A stretch of DNA of 63,432 nucleotides, filler included, from Reticulomyxa filosa (taxonomy: Eukaryota > Protista > Foraminifera): the NCBI GenBank assembly GCA_000512085.1. It is 19 parts of 19 records of this genome, joined end to end, with 100 filler letters (N's around TTAATTAATTAA, not from the genome) between each part and the next. Parts side by side here need not be neighbours in the genome. Positions count along the whole stretch, not along the records: positions 1 to 4,319 come from ASPP01008131.1; positions 4,420 to 5,613 come from ASPP01033831.1; positions 5,714 to 13,243 come from ASPP01023272.1; 16 more parts are not named here. One strand, written 5' to 3'. Shown here piece by piece: positions 1-11,200 of this stretch. Made by a program: the position numbers and the translations under genes. Each line of letters opens with the position of its first letter. Position 1 is the first letter of the stretch. A model generated the notes under the pieces. That model did no database searches. It worked only from the letters and a program-made list of their open reading frames with translations, and was not told where the DNA came from.

Positions 1-13
1 AAAAAAAAAAAAA

Positions 14-3000
14 GCTGTCCCAACGTTTAATCCAATCCCTACATCAAGCATACACCCGTCAGCACGATCAAGTCATCCCACCACCCTATCCTCAAATCAA
101 TCTCTTAGTGCGTATCCGACAAAGCGCTGGAGCCAGCTGCCCACTAAGACTCCTTCACAACAACCGTCGGACTCATCCACCAATCAAACGATCACAAGAC
201 GTCCAACAACTCGGCCCACAAATCAAAACACAACAGATGTTCCGACATTTGGAACTGCGAATGAAACGACAACAACGCGACCTACAAATGAAACTACAAC
301 AAGTCCACCGACAGCCAGGCCCTCAAATCAGACGACAACAAGTCTGCCGACAAATAAAATCACAACAAGACAACCAACAAACAGACCTGCAAATCTGACG
401 ACCACAAGCGCACCAACGATCAAACGGCCTACAAACCAAACCACAACAAGTCCATCGACAATCAGACCCACCAACAATCGGACTACAACGATGCAACCTA
501 CCAATCAAACCACCACAAGTCTTCCAACAACTCAACAGCCGGCCAATCAAACCACCACAAAACAACCGACAATCTGGCCAACAACCAAAGTGCCTACCAA
601 TCAAACGACAACAATTCGACCCACCAATCAAACTACAACAAGACAACCGACAAGTCGACCTACAAATCAAACAATAACAAGTTTACCAACAACCCAGCGT
701 CCCACCAATCAAACCATAACAACGACCAAACGGCCCACGAATCAATCGACGAACCAAACGACAACAACCCAACAGCCAACCAATCAAACGACGACAAACG
801 TGCCAACAACTAAGCAACCCACCAATCGAACAACAACAAAGCAGCCAACAAGTCAACCTACAAACCAAACGATCACAAGTTTGCCAACCACCAAACGACC
901 CACCAATCAAACAACCACGAGTCTGCCAACAATCCAACGGCCAACCAATCAAACAACGACAAAGCAACCAACAAGTCGACCAACAAACCAAACAACAACA
1001 ACAAACCTGCCAACTACTCAAAACCCTACCAATCAAACGACAACAAAGCGGCCGACAAGTCAACCTACAAACCAAACAATCACAAACCCGCCAACAACTG
1101 AACAGCCAACCAATCAAACAACGACAAAGCAGCCGACAAGTCCACCAACAAACCAAACAACAACAACAAACCTGCCAACAACCCAACGCCCTACCAATCA
1201 CACGACGACAAAGCAGCCAACAATTCGACCTACAAACCAAACAACCACAAGTCTGCCAACAATCCAACGCCCTACCAATCAAACGACGACAAAGCAGCCA
1301 ACAAGTCGACCAACAAACCAAACAACCACGAGTCTGCCAACAAGCCAACGGCCAACCAACCAAACGACGACAAAGCGGCCGACAAGTCAACCTACAAACC
1401 AAACAATCACAAGTTCGCCAACATCTGAACAGCCAACCAATCAAACAACGACGAAACAACCAACAGGTCGACCAACAAACCAAACAACAACAACAAACCT
1501 GCCAACAACCCAACGCCCTACCAATCAAACGACGACAAAACAACCAACAAGTCGACCTACAAACCAAACAACCACGAGTTTGCCAACAAGCCAACGGCCA
1601 ACCAATCAAACGACGACAAAGCAGCCAACAAGTCGATCAACAAACCAAACAACAACAAGCCTGCCAACTACTCAAAATCCTACCAATCAAACGACGACAA
1701 AGCGGCCGACAAGTCGACCTACAAACCAAACAGTCACAAGTCCGCCAACAACTGGACAGCCAACAGGTCGACCAACAAACCAAACAACAACAATTCTGCC
1801 AACAACCCAACGCCCTACCAATCACACGACGACAAAGCAGCCGACAATTCGACCTACAAACCAAACAACCACGAGTTTGCCAACAAGCCAACGGCCGACC
1901 AATCAAACGACGACAAAGCAACCAACAAGTCGACCAACAAACCAAACGACAACAACAAACCTGCCAACTACTAAAAACCCTACCAATCAAACGACGACAA
2001 AGCAGCCAACAAGTCGACCTACAAACCAAACAATCACAAGTCTTCCAACATCTGGACAGCCAACCAATCAAACAACGACAAAGCAGCCGACAAGTCGACC
2101 AACAAACCAAACAACAACAACAATTCTGCCAACAACCCAACGCCCTACCAATCACACGACGACAAAGCAGCCAACAAGTCGACCTACAAATCAAACAACA
2201 ACAAATGTTCCAACAACCAAACGACCCACAAACCAAACGATGACAAGTGTGCCAACAACTCAACAACCCACCAACCAAACAACAACAAAGCAACCAACAA
2301 GCCGACCAACAAACCAAACGACAACAGGGGTGCCGACCACCAAACAGCCCGGCAATCAGACCACAACAAAGCAGCCAACAGTTCGACCTACAAACCAAAC
2401 GACAACACGTGTTCCAACTGTCATGCCCACCAATCAAACAACGACAACAAAGCAGCCTACAAATCGACCCACCAATCAAACAACGACAACAAAACAGCCT
2501 ACAAATCGACCCATCAATCAAACAACGACAAGTGTGCCAACAGTTAAACACCCCACCAATCAAACAACGACAACAAAACAGCCTACAAATAGGCCAGCCA
2601 ATCAAACGACAACGAAGCAACCAACAGTTTGGCCCTCTAATCAAACAACGACAAGTGTGCCAACCACTAAACGTCCGACAAACCAAACAATAACCTCCAA
2701 GCCCACAAATCAGACCACGACGAAGCAGCCAACAGTTCGACCTACAAATCAAACAACGACAACGCGTGTACCAACCGCTAAGCCCACCAATCAAACAACG
2801 ACAACACGTGCACCAACCGTCAAACATCCTTCAAACCAAACCACATCAAGACAGCCAACCATTCGACCAACGAACCAAACGACGACAAGCCCACCAACTA
2901 CCAAGCGCCCCACCAATCAAACGACTTCAAAGCAGCCAACAATTCGACCAACAAACCAAACAACGACAAGTTTTCCAACGACCGTCCGTCCCGCCAATCA

Positions 3001-3904
3001 AACAACGACGAGTGTGCCAACGATCAAACACCCCTCAAACCAAACCACAACAAAGCGACCAACACTCCGTCCAACCAATCAAACAACAACAACAACAACC
3101 CTATCAACTACCAAACACCCTACAGGTCAAACCACAACAAGACGACCTACAACAAGACAACCTACAACAAGACGACCTACAACAAGAAGGCCCACAACGA
3201 GACCGCCAACAAAAAGCACAACTCAGCATCCCACCAAGCGTCCGTCGTTCCATTCGACTTCCAAACCCAGCAATATCTCGACCAAGCATCCTTCGCAATC
3301 GCAATCGCAATCGCAATCCTCAAGGCCCACTCAATCATCTTCCTCCACTGGCTCCAATCTTCCCAATGCATCTTCACTAGCCACGTATACGCGTCCTCCA
3401 AGCCAAGCTCCTTCCGTTGCACCGATTGCATTCGAAAGCGGAAGCGAGCGTTCTATCAGCACGTCGGAGCAAATGGTCCAAGGTTTAAAAAACACTTACT
3501 TGTGGATACTGATGGGAGTTGTGGGAGTGATGTTTGTATGTCTTGGCGTTTTCGTGTTTCGAAAATGCAACAAACGCCGCGCTGAAAACTCTGAGCAATA
3601 TGTTCATCGTGTCGTGAATCTTCCACAACATGCACAGCTACAAAAAAAAAATGCACCTAATCATACTGCGATGCTTGACTTTGTTGGTGAACGAGATCTT
3701 CGTCAATATCCGCAATTTAATATCCAAATGGCCGCTCCTGCTGCACCGACAAATCCTGACGTGGTGCAAGGACATATTGACTATGTTCATGCTCATCTAT
3801 CAAACGAAAAAGAAGAGGGCGGAGAAAATACTGCTGTTCATCATCATTTAGTATTTGTAATTAAACTCCCTCCATCTGTGCTTTTTTTTTTTTTTTTTCA
3901 TTAA
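14..3904 (+). CDS. Mucin-like Thr/Pro-rich single-pass membrane glycoprotein (5' partial)
   Basis: The frame of ORF 491-3904 stays open back to the contig start (AVPTFNPIPT...). It has ~3 kb of PTxxPTNQTTT repeats, a Ser-rich stalk, a hydrophobic segment YLWILMGVVGVMFVCLGVFVF followed by basic RKCNKRR, and a cytosolic tail. The last ~50 nt may be intronic. Confidence 0.85.
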   Translation, partial: AVPTFNPIPTSSIHPSARSSHPTTLSSNQSLSAYPTKRWSQLPTKTPSQQPSDSSTNQTITRRPTTRPTNQNTTDVPTFGTANETTTTRPTNETTTSPPTARPSNQTTTSLPTNKITTRQPTNRPANLTTTSAPTIKRPTNQTTTSPSTIRPTNNRTTTMQPTNQTTTSLPTTQQPANQTTTKQPTIWPTTKVPTNQTTTIRPTNQTTTRQPTSRPTNQTITSLPTTQRPTNQTITTTKRPTNQSTNQTTTTQQPTNQTTTNVPTTKQPTNRTTTKQPTSQPTNQTITSLPTTKRPTNQTTTSLPTIQRPTNQTTTKQPTSRPTNQTTTTNLPTTQNPTNQTTTKRPTSQPTNQTITNPPTTEQPTNQTTTKQPTSPPTNQTTTTNLPTTQRPTNHTTTKQPTIRPTNQTTTSLPTIQRPTNQTTTKQPTSRPTNQTTTSLPTSQRPTNQTTTKRPTSQPTNQTITSSPTSEQPTNQTTTKQPTGRPTNQTTTTNLPTTQRPTNQTTTKQPTSRPTNQTTTSLPTSQRPTNQTTTKQPTSRSTNQTTTSLPTTQNPTNQTTTKRPTSRPTNQTVTSPPTTGQPTGRPTNQTTTILPTTQRPTNHTTTKQPTIRPTNQTTTSLPTSQRPTNQTTTKQPTSRPTNQTTTTNLPTTKNPTNQTTTKQPTSRPTNQTITSLPTSGQPTNQTTTKQPTSRPTNQTTTTILPTTQRPTNHTTTKQPTSRPTNQTTTNVPTTKRPTNQTMTSVPTTQQPTNQTTTKQPTSRPTNQTTTGVPTTKQPGNQTTTKQPTVRPTNQTTTRVPTVMPTNQTTTTKQPTNRPTNQTTTTKQPTNRPINQTTTSVPTVKHPTNQTTTTKQPTNRPANQTTTKQPTVWPSNQTTTSVPTTKRPTNQTITSKPTNQTTTKQPTVRPTNQTTTTRVPTAKPTNQTTTTRAPTVKHPSNQTTSRQPTIRPTNQTTTSPPTTKRPTNQTTSKQPTIRPTNQTTTSFPTTVRPANQTTTSVPTIKHPSNQTTTKRPTLRPTNQTTTTTTLSTTKHPTGQTTTRRPTTRQPTTRRPTTRRPTTRPPTKSTTQHPTKRPSFHSTSKPSNISTKHPSQSQSQSQSSRPTQSSSSTGSNLPNASSLATYTRPPSQAPSVAPIAFESGSERSISTSEQMVQGLKNTYLWILMGVVGVMFVCLGVFVFRKCNKRRAENSEQYVHRVVNLPQHAQLQKKNAPNHTAMLDFVGERDLRQYPQFNIQMAAPAAPTNPDVVQGHIDYVHAHLSNEKEEGGENTAVHHHLVFVIKLPPSVLFFFFFH
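175..3210 (+). repeat. Coding minisatellite of ~33-39 nt units (ccaaccaatcaaacaacaaca core) with higher-order repeats
   Basis: Tandem units alternate between 'KQPTSRPTNQTTT' and 'SLPTxQRPTNQTTT' types. The coding strand is strongly A/C-biased. Confidence 0.95.
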
Positions 3905-4288
3905 TTTGATCTCTAATTATTTCATCACTGCCCATTTTTTTTTTTTTTTCCTTTTCCTGTTAATTACATTTTATTTTTGAGATTTTTTTAATTCTGTTGA
4001 AGAATTAACACCTAGAAACATTTGCGTTACTCTTCAACTTTTTCGCAATTTTTTTAAATGATGCCCACATAATCCTGATACAGCTAAAAATAGTTTTGCT
4101 TTTTAATAAAAAGTATAGAAAAATATGTCAATATTTTGGAAAGATTTACTCATTATTTAAAGTTATAAGTTTCTTTTTGTTTTGTTTTTTTCGTACACTT
4201 CAAGTTATGCAGATATATTTTTAAATACGTCGTTTTTCTGGAAGAAAATTGCAATATATGAACTATCGATAATAAATTTTATTTTATT

Positions 4289-4319
<31 letters not shown>

Positions 4320-4419
4320 NNNNNNNNNNNNNNNNNNNNNNNNNNNNNNNNNNNNNNNNNNNNTTAATTAATTAANNNNNNNNNNNNNNNNNNNNNNNNN
4401 NNNNNNNNNNNNNNNNNNN
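4320..4419. other. Artificial contig spacer N44-TTAATTAATTAA-N44 (first of 18)
   Basis: Identical 100-bp spacers with stops in all six frames start at 4320, 5614, 13244, 15953, 18856, 22679, 24615, 26371, 32111, 37068, 40029, 42061, 45390, 46567, 47690, 53484, 58592 and 61540. Confidence 0.99.
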
Positions 4420-4879
4420 AAAAAAAAAAAATAGTCAGATTAACTCTTTTTTTTTCCAGTTTCAATTTGCATCCATTGTCCAATACTTTATTTACTTCAC
4501 TTTCGTTATCGCTGTCATCTATTGCTCTGGTTTCCACTTTCGAAATCGATCGAATCACGATAATTGATTTTCGTTCTTCGGGACATTACATTTTACATTC
4601 GAACCAAAGTCACTACCAATTCATATACTTCTTTTTGACTTCAAATAAATACTACACAACAAAAAAAAGATTAAAAAAACACCTGAAAATAGCGGTATCG
4701 ACATCATGAGCACCACAAAGAAAACACAACATAGCATTATATATTTAATAAAATTATTTCTAAAAGAACAAATTTAATTCAATGCAAATAACTTCACTCT
4801 CGGCAAAAATGAGGATAACCAATGTACTTGAGATACTTGTCGTCCCTACTTGAGAAATTGAGACTCTCGAGTGAAATGG

Positions 4880-5613
4880 TCACGACATACATTTACGATG
4901 TGCCATTGTATCGTAAGGGTTCCATGTCCAAATCAGTCTCCAATGTATTTCACCACTCTGCTTTCCCTCGAAAAAACTCAACGTAACCGATCTTGAATTG
5001 CACGTTCGGTTATGACGTTTGTGGAGGTGGTGTTGTCTAGCCTTCGTCATCATTGCTGCTGCCATCAGTCTGCTTTCTAACATTGAAACAAAATCAACAC
5101 TAATCAAGGACTTTTTCTTCTCAAAGCGAATAAATAAATCATACCACGTGTCATAGATTCTCTTCATTGGAAAACTCCACATAAGATAGGGCATGACAAT
5201 TGTTTTATTTTCCAATATTCAAACTCGATCGCCGACAGCCGCGCCAAAGAAATTCGCCACTTTGCTTTTTGCGCGTCCATGACCGGCTTTGTCGTCTTCG
5301 TTTTCTTCTTCATTTTTTTCACTTCTGCTTCTTCCTCGCGTTCTCGTTCTTTATCTTCGATCGTTTTTTTGATCTCGTCCAAGGTATTTCGCCATTGCTT
5401 CTGTTCACTGGCCGAGTGTCTTTCACGAGTATCCACTGTTTTCGGTGACTGTATTGAAACACGCACAAACATGATAACACAAGATAAGTAGATTCTTTTT
5501 TTAATGTTGTTGTGAACTTGGAGTATTTCTTCCACCATGATCATCGATCTACTAATTATCGAGTTCGGGTCCCGTTTCTCGCTGACACTAAAGTCAGTCC
5601 ACCGACCAATTTC
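4880..5613 (-). CDS. Hypothetical protein fragment, apparently frameshifted
   Basis: Overlapping ORFs 5164-5544 (charged, coiled-coil-like) and 4880-5215. No family recognised. Confidence 0.3.
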
Positions 5614-5713
5614 NNNNNNNNNNNNNNNNNNNNNNNNNNNNNNNNNNNNNNNNNNNNTTAATTAATTAANNNNNNNNNNNNNNNNNNNNNNNNNNNNNNN
5701 NNNNNNNNNNNNN

Positions 5714-7408
5714 ATATAAACTTTGAAGTTTCTTCATTTCATTATAAAGGGGTTGATTTTTGATTTTTGCTTATTAACTGTTGTATCGACTTTTTTGTTT
5801 GTGATTCGATATAATTGCTAATTTTTGCGTGTGACTTCACACGTTTATTTTGGATTATTGTTCCTAGGTCAATGTTATTTCATTTTATTTTTTTTTTAGC
5901 TCTACAGAATTGCTATGCGACTCTGAAGTTGGTGCTATATGCTCAATATTCGCTTTCTCTTTATTATTGGTAATTTTTGCATTTGTATCTTTTGCTTTGA
6001 CACTGCTGTCAACTGACTCCAAATCTTGATCTTTCGATATTTCATCCGATTTTATTTGTTTAAATTTTTCGTACTCCAACCGCAACGCATAACCAAGCCG
6101 ACGTAATGCACTTCTAGATAAATAAAATGATGTGGCAAATTTGGTACTACATCGAAGTTTCCTTGAACGTGGAGTTGCCTTTGTTCTTGATGTCCTTTAG
6201 ATTGAGCTGTATTTTTTCTTGTAATGTAATGGCTTTCTTGTAGTTGCAGCTACATTGCTTTGGTTTGGCAAGTTAATATTATCATGTTGCTCCATATACT
6301 TATCATTTTTGCTCTTTTAACCCCTTTTTTCTCTAACTGTAAAACGATTGTTTATATCTGATATGTTTTCATGACAATAATGTATTTTGTTAAATTTTGA
6401 AACTCTTTTCATTGATGTTACTTGATCCCATTTTTTTTCTATGGATCGTGTGTTTTACTTGTCTTTTCTCATCGAACCTGTTCTGTATGTTTCCCAGAGC
6501 TATTTCTGTTTCGTTTAGCGTTTCTGGATTTTTGTTCATACACCAACTGTCTCACAATCCCAACTAATGACCCCAACAACGATTCCATTAATTTCTCATC
6601 TGAAGGTTTCAACCTCTTTCTCGCTGGGACGTTACATTCAGTTGAGTATTCATTTCTTGAACATCGCTAGCTAAACATTGTGATATTATGTATTTCTTAC
6701 AAAACTCATCGGTGATTTGATATTTAGCCTTCCATGCCAAACGTTGTCTTCGCCAACGTTGAAAATTATCTCTGCATCCGTTAAAGATATAGCGAAAGTG
6801 ATTGTATTGTTCCATTGCCAACTTGATTACCTAGTGGTCCAAATGGCGAATATCCAGTGCTATTATAACATCATTTCGTGATTGCGCCGAAAAAGGCTGC
6901 TCACTCAATAACTAGTTGCATGAACACCAAAATTTGACTTGTGACCCAATTTCACATCATCTTTATCTTGACTTTTTTGCTCCGTCAGTACTTGTGATCC
7001 TTTGTGCTCCAACAGTTGTGTTAATTTCTTGACCTGTTCATCCAATATCGACAATTGCTTCTTCAACGCTATCTGATCATTGACGTCGTTGCAAATAATT
7101 GACATTATTTCCATGTTGATTTGTATGCTTTTATCTTGTGTTTCAACCCGATTTTCATTGGTGATACGTCCAAGTTAAGCTTTGTTGATACAAATGCTTG
7201 CTCATCGATCATGTTACTTGTTCTTGAACGATACTTTTGCAATTTGCTGATAACCTTAACTTGGAAACTGCTTTCGATTCGTTAAGTCTGGCTGTTTCTC
7301 CTATTTCTAACAATTTTTGTTTTATCATTTGATGGTTCATCGTTGCGATTTCATCTTCATTCGGCAATGTGTTTCCAGATTGAGCTGATGCAATTTTTTT
7401 TTCGTTCG
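5714..7408 (-). pseudogene. Decayed internal region (gag- and protease-like) of an LTR retrotransposon
   Basis: Lies directly downstream of the LTR and PBS. Broken ORFs 7209-7427 and 6905-7114 are coiled-coil-like, and 6609-6821 ('FNGCRDNFQRWRRQRLAW') is gag-like. At ~6080-6180, 'GNFDVVPNLPHHFI/LSRSALRRLGY' (one indel) resembles the retropepsin C-terminal F-x-V...IL(G)...L..LG motif. No RT or integrase seen. Confidence 0.6.
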
Positions 7409-7426
7409 CTAACACATTGGGTGCCA
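7409..7426 (-). promoter_or_regulatory. Primer binding site, tRNA-Lys-like
   Basis: The minus strand reads ...TCACA|AATT|TGGCACCCAATGTG, a 12/14 match to the classical Lys PBS TGGCGCCCAACGTG. Both mismatches are CpG-type transitions. Confidence 0.7.
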
Positions 7427-7430
7427 AATT

Positions 7431-7651
7431 TGTGACGCCTGCTGGTAGTATTGGTACACTAACTGTAATACGATAGTTGTTTACTAAGATGAGAATAAGG
7501 GTTTCGTAAAACGAAAGTAATTTAAGTAATAAAACAAGATAACAAAAGAAAAGTAAAGAAAAGCAAGAGAGTAAGAAGTAGTTTGTTGATGAAGTTTAAT
7601 CTACTCCGTTCCCTTGTCGTTCAGATACTCATAATATGGACTTGCCCTACA
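7431..7651 (-). mobile_element. 5' LTR of an LTR retrotransposon (copy 1, 221 bp)
   Basis: The minus strand runs TGTAGGGCAAG...CAGGCGTCACA, is followed by a PBS, and shares colinear blocks with 57337-57566 and 46667-46759. Confidence 0.8.
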
Positions 7652-8260
7652 ATACATGACATAGCTCGAGTAAACAAAATAAGTTTTATGTTTCAACTGT
7701 CACACAAACCAGTTATGATTTATTTTTACAAAAACTAAAAAATTCTAATGTATTAAGCAAAAATCAATATAAATTATGCTTAGTTGATTTTGCGAATGTG
7801 ATTAGTACAGCTTATGCTTATTTTTTGATTTTAATTCGTCTTTAACACTTCAAAAACGAAATTTCCTACATCAACATTATATGTACTTGTTCTTTTCTTT
7901 GTAATACTGCTTGTTTCCAGTTTATGTTGACAAAAAAAAAACACGAAAGCACAAACTGCGTTCCAAAATTAGCATAATTAAAAGAATTTGTTAAGAAGTT
8001 TCTTTTGATACTTTGATTCAAAAAATTATTTGTTGAATATTGCCACTTCGGAGTCTTGATTAAAATTAAAAATCTTATTTTTGTCATATATTCTCATGTA
8101 ATTAAAGACAGTATTTTTTGGTATGAATTGGCATCATTTCAATTCCTTAGACTTAGTTTGAAAATATGTCACATCTAGTGTACTGTAATTGCATTGCTTC
8201 AAATGAACTTAAAAATAATTTATACATTATCAAGAACAATTTTGATGAAAATTTACTTTA

Positions 8261-11200
8261 TCAAGAGGACTCAGATTCCATCACAGATACAATCCCACTT
8301 GATTGTGATAAAGTGGTTTTACATTCACTGCATTCTGGAACGCTTTTGACACCATCTGACTCCAATGTTAATGAATTCACTGTGTTGCGACGTGAATTAT
8401 TTATAGCAGTTACACATTCAGAAATTTTCTCACTATCCTCAGCAACCACAAAGTTGTCTGCGTTTAACTCAGCAGGGTTTTCAACACTTTTTTCACTTGG
8501 GATTTCAATATTTGCTCCGCTTTGTTCTGGAATTGTCAACACTGACACTATGTTGGTGGTTGAAAGTGGAGGAGTTGTTTGTGATGAATCCCAAATCATA
8601 TTGCTCGTTTCAACGGTAATTTTGGGCTCACTTGTAGTCCCGGTTTGATCAGAAAAACTTTGAAATTTGGATTCACACACAAGTTCACACCCTGTCCCCT
8701 TGGCAGAAACTTCAGCATATTGATTTTGTTGAGGGACATCCATGACATCACTGTTATTAAGTGCAATAAATGTATTTTTTTTAGTATATAAAGTGTACGC
8801 ATTCAAAACAAAACTTAAGAACGCAATCTTTGGTGATCAACTGCGTCAATCCTTTGGCCCAAGTACAATACTCATTGTCATTTTGGCAAATAAAATGGAG
8901 CCTGTTTTCACCGTCGCTGTTGTGTAGTTCAACGCAAAAAGAAAAAGGGCTGTCATAAATGTCCATTTTGTTTTCAGTGTCTGAAGTTCTTCGTTTAATG
9001 ATGCGTTGCTCCGAGAGTGTAAAATGAATTCGAATAGGGCCTGTCAACACTTGTTTGATGGAAGAGAGTTTAAGGAACTGTTTCTTGGTGTTTACCGAAG
9101 TGTTAGTGCGTAACCAACACAAGGTCAAAGCATTTATGGACAGTGGACCCTTTGCATTTGTGTCACTGATATGTGAATGGTTTTCCAACCACAACAGTGC
9201 CGAATAAGGAAGCAAAGTCTTGCTTTTCAGTTTTTGAACATTGGTTCCATTCATCAAAAACAATACAAGTTGCGAATATGGCAGGTCCGAACACAGTGAC
9301 GATTTTTGGGTGACATCATTGCCATCCTCGTCGCAGTCACCATTGTTATTGGAGATGGTGTCGACGTTACATTATGAAACATGACAGCACTGTCATCCAT
9401 CATTTTTTTTTTGTTTTGCCTTTCCAAATTTTTGCGAGAATATTTGTCATTGTCAGCTTTTGTTTTTTCTTTTTGTTCAAAAAGTTCAAGTTTAGTTATT
9501 GCACTCATTGATTGATGTCGTTGTTTTGACTGTTGTTGCGATTGTTGCAAGTCCAGTCTTGGTGGAGGTGTTTTTGCTCGGATACCACAAGGAACGAGTT
9601 TTTTTTTAAAAGGGGACACATTTTTTTGTTTTTTAAAGGGATGTTTTTCTTCAGTATGCGTTTTTGCCACGTCATCATTTTCATCTTCGGGTTTTCGCAA
9701 CTCATTTTGATTATCCAAGTGGACACGAAAAACTGGAACCACTGTTTTCGGAGAGGTGACAGCAGGGTTAGGTTGCGTGCGAGAGGTTGCCTCTTCGTTT
9801 AGACACTGGATTTCAGGCATTTTTGACAGTATTACATTTCGCAATGAACTGGCGTCAAATACAACCGCGTGACGTATACGGTCGTTTAATACATCAATAT
9901 TACTTTGCAGTGCACTCAATTTGTTTTGCAGTTCGACTATGACTTCTTTCAATTCGCTTTTGCTGGTGTAACCGTCAACTGAGTCACCGTTCTCGGTGTC
10001 AGATTCGGCTGTGTAGAGTGAATACTCACTGTGGTTGTCGGTTGTGTCGTTCTAAACTCATGGCAAAAAAAAAAGAAAAGTTGTACCGTTTGTGGTTGCA
10101 CTTGCGTGCACTGGGCACAAGGAATAGCTATACATAAAACAAAAGCAAAATATAACTTCACTTTTTTTGCAGTTTGGGCCATGCCAGCATGTGGAAGCAC
10201 ATTTTTACTGGAAGAATGCTCATTTGATCTGTAATGTGTATATCAAATGTTCAAAAATGCATTATTTTTTTTTTTGAAAAACGCCCAATTTAAGCGATAA
10301 ACTTCTTTGGTTTACTGGTCAACTTGTGGTTTTGTATTTCATCATTGTGTTTAAACTTGGGAGTTGACTGAGTAGACGGTGGGGATGAAGCAAACGTCTC
10401 TCCACTTTTTTGTCTTTTCAATTTTGCTTTTAAGCCTTTAAGTTTCTTTGTCATTTCAACACCTTTACGCTCGTGATATATGATCTGATTGAGCATTGAT
10501 ATTTTTTCAAGTTCGAGTTTTTGAATCGTTTCTTTCATGTTATAGGTGTGTTGAGATTGTGTCATATAATGTTTAATTTGATTTTTTAATTTTTTTACCA
10601 ATGCTTTGTATTTGACTAATAGTGACTTATCGTCTAGTATTTGATTTACTTTTTCGTAATTGTAAACATATTTAGCAAATTGAGCAAATCTCAAAGTGTT
10701 AAGAGACTCCTCTTTGCATTTTTGGCTTGGTGATATTGTGCATATGATGTTTGTTCGACTATTTCCTCCTAAAGACTCTTGCAAAATCCTTGTTAATTTG
10801 CTTTATTTATGTGTATTATATAAACAACTCGTAATTTTTTAAAATTAATGTTAGAAATAAAGTTTACCTGTCTCGGTAAGGGACGTGAAAATGTGAGGAA
10901 GAACCCTTTTGCGTTTTTTCTCGATTTCTGGCAGATAATGCTAAAATAACCCGTGCCAACCCAAGTAACGATTGATTGATGTGTTTACATTCCATTTGTT
11001 GGAGGCAATCCTTTTGTGTAACGTTGCTTATTGACTCGGAACCCGCCAGATCGACAAGATTGAGTGTCGACGATAGTATCTTTTTTTTGGAAAGCAAAAA
11101 AAATTTAGTAAAAGTTTGTGGAGATGTAAACCAATTATACAAATCAGCAATTTTTTTGTTTTAAACTTTGTTTGTTGCGGAATCTCTTTTTTTTGATTGA

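Noticed and set aside
175-3210. Mucin repeat as a CRISPR array
   Set aside because: No invariant repeat with unique spacers. Units vary in codon multiples within one open frame, and there are no cas genes.
323-3431. Long Cys/Trp/Arg-rich minus-strand and Gln-rich alternate-frame ORFs over the mucin
   Set aside because: Shadow ORFs. The A/C-rich repeat rarely generates stop codons in other frames.
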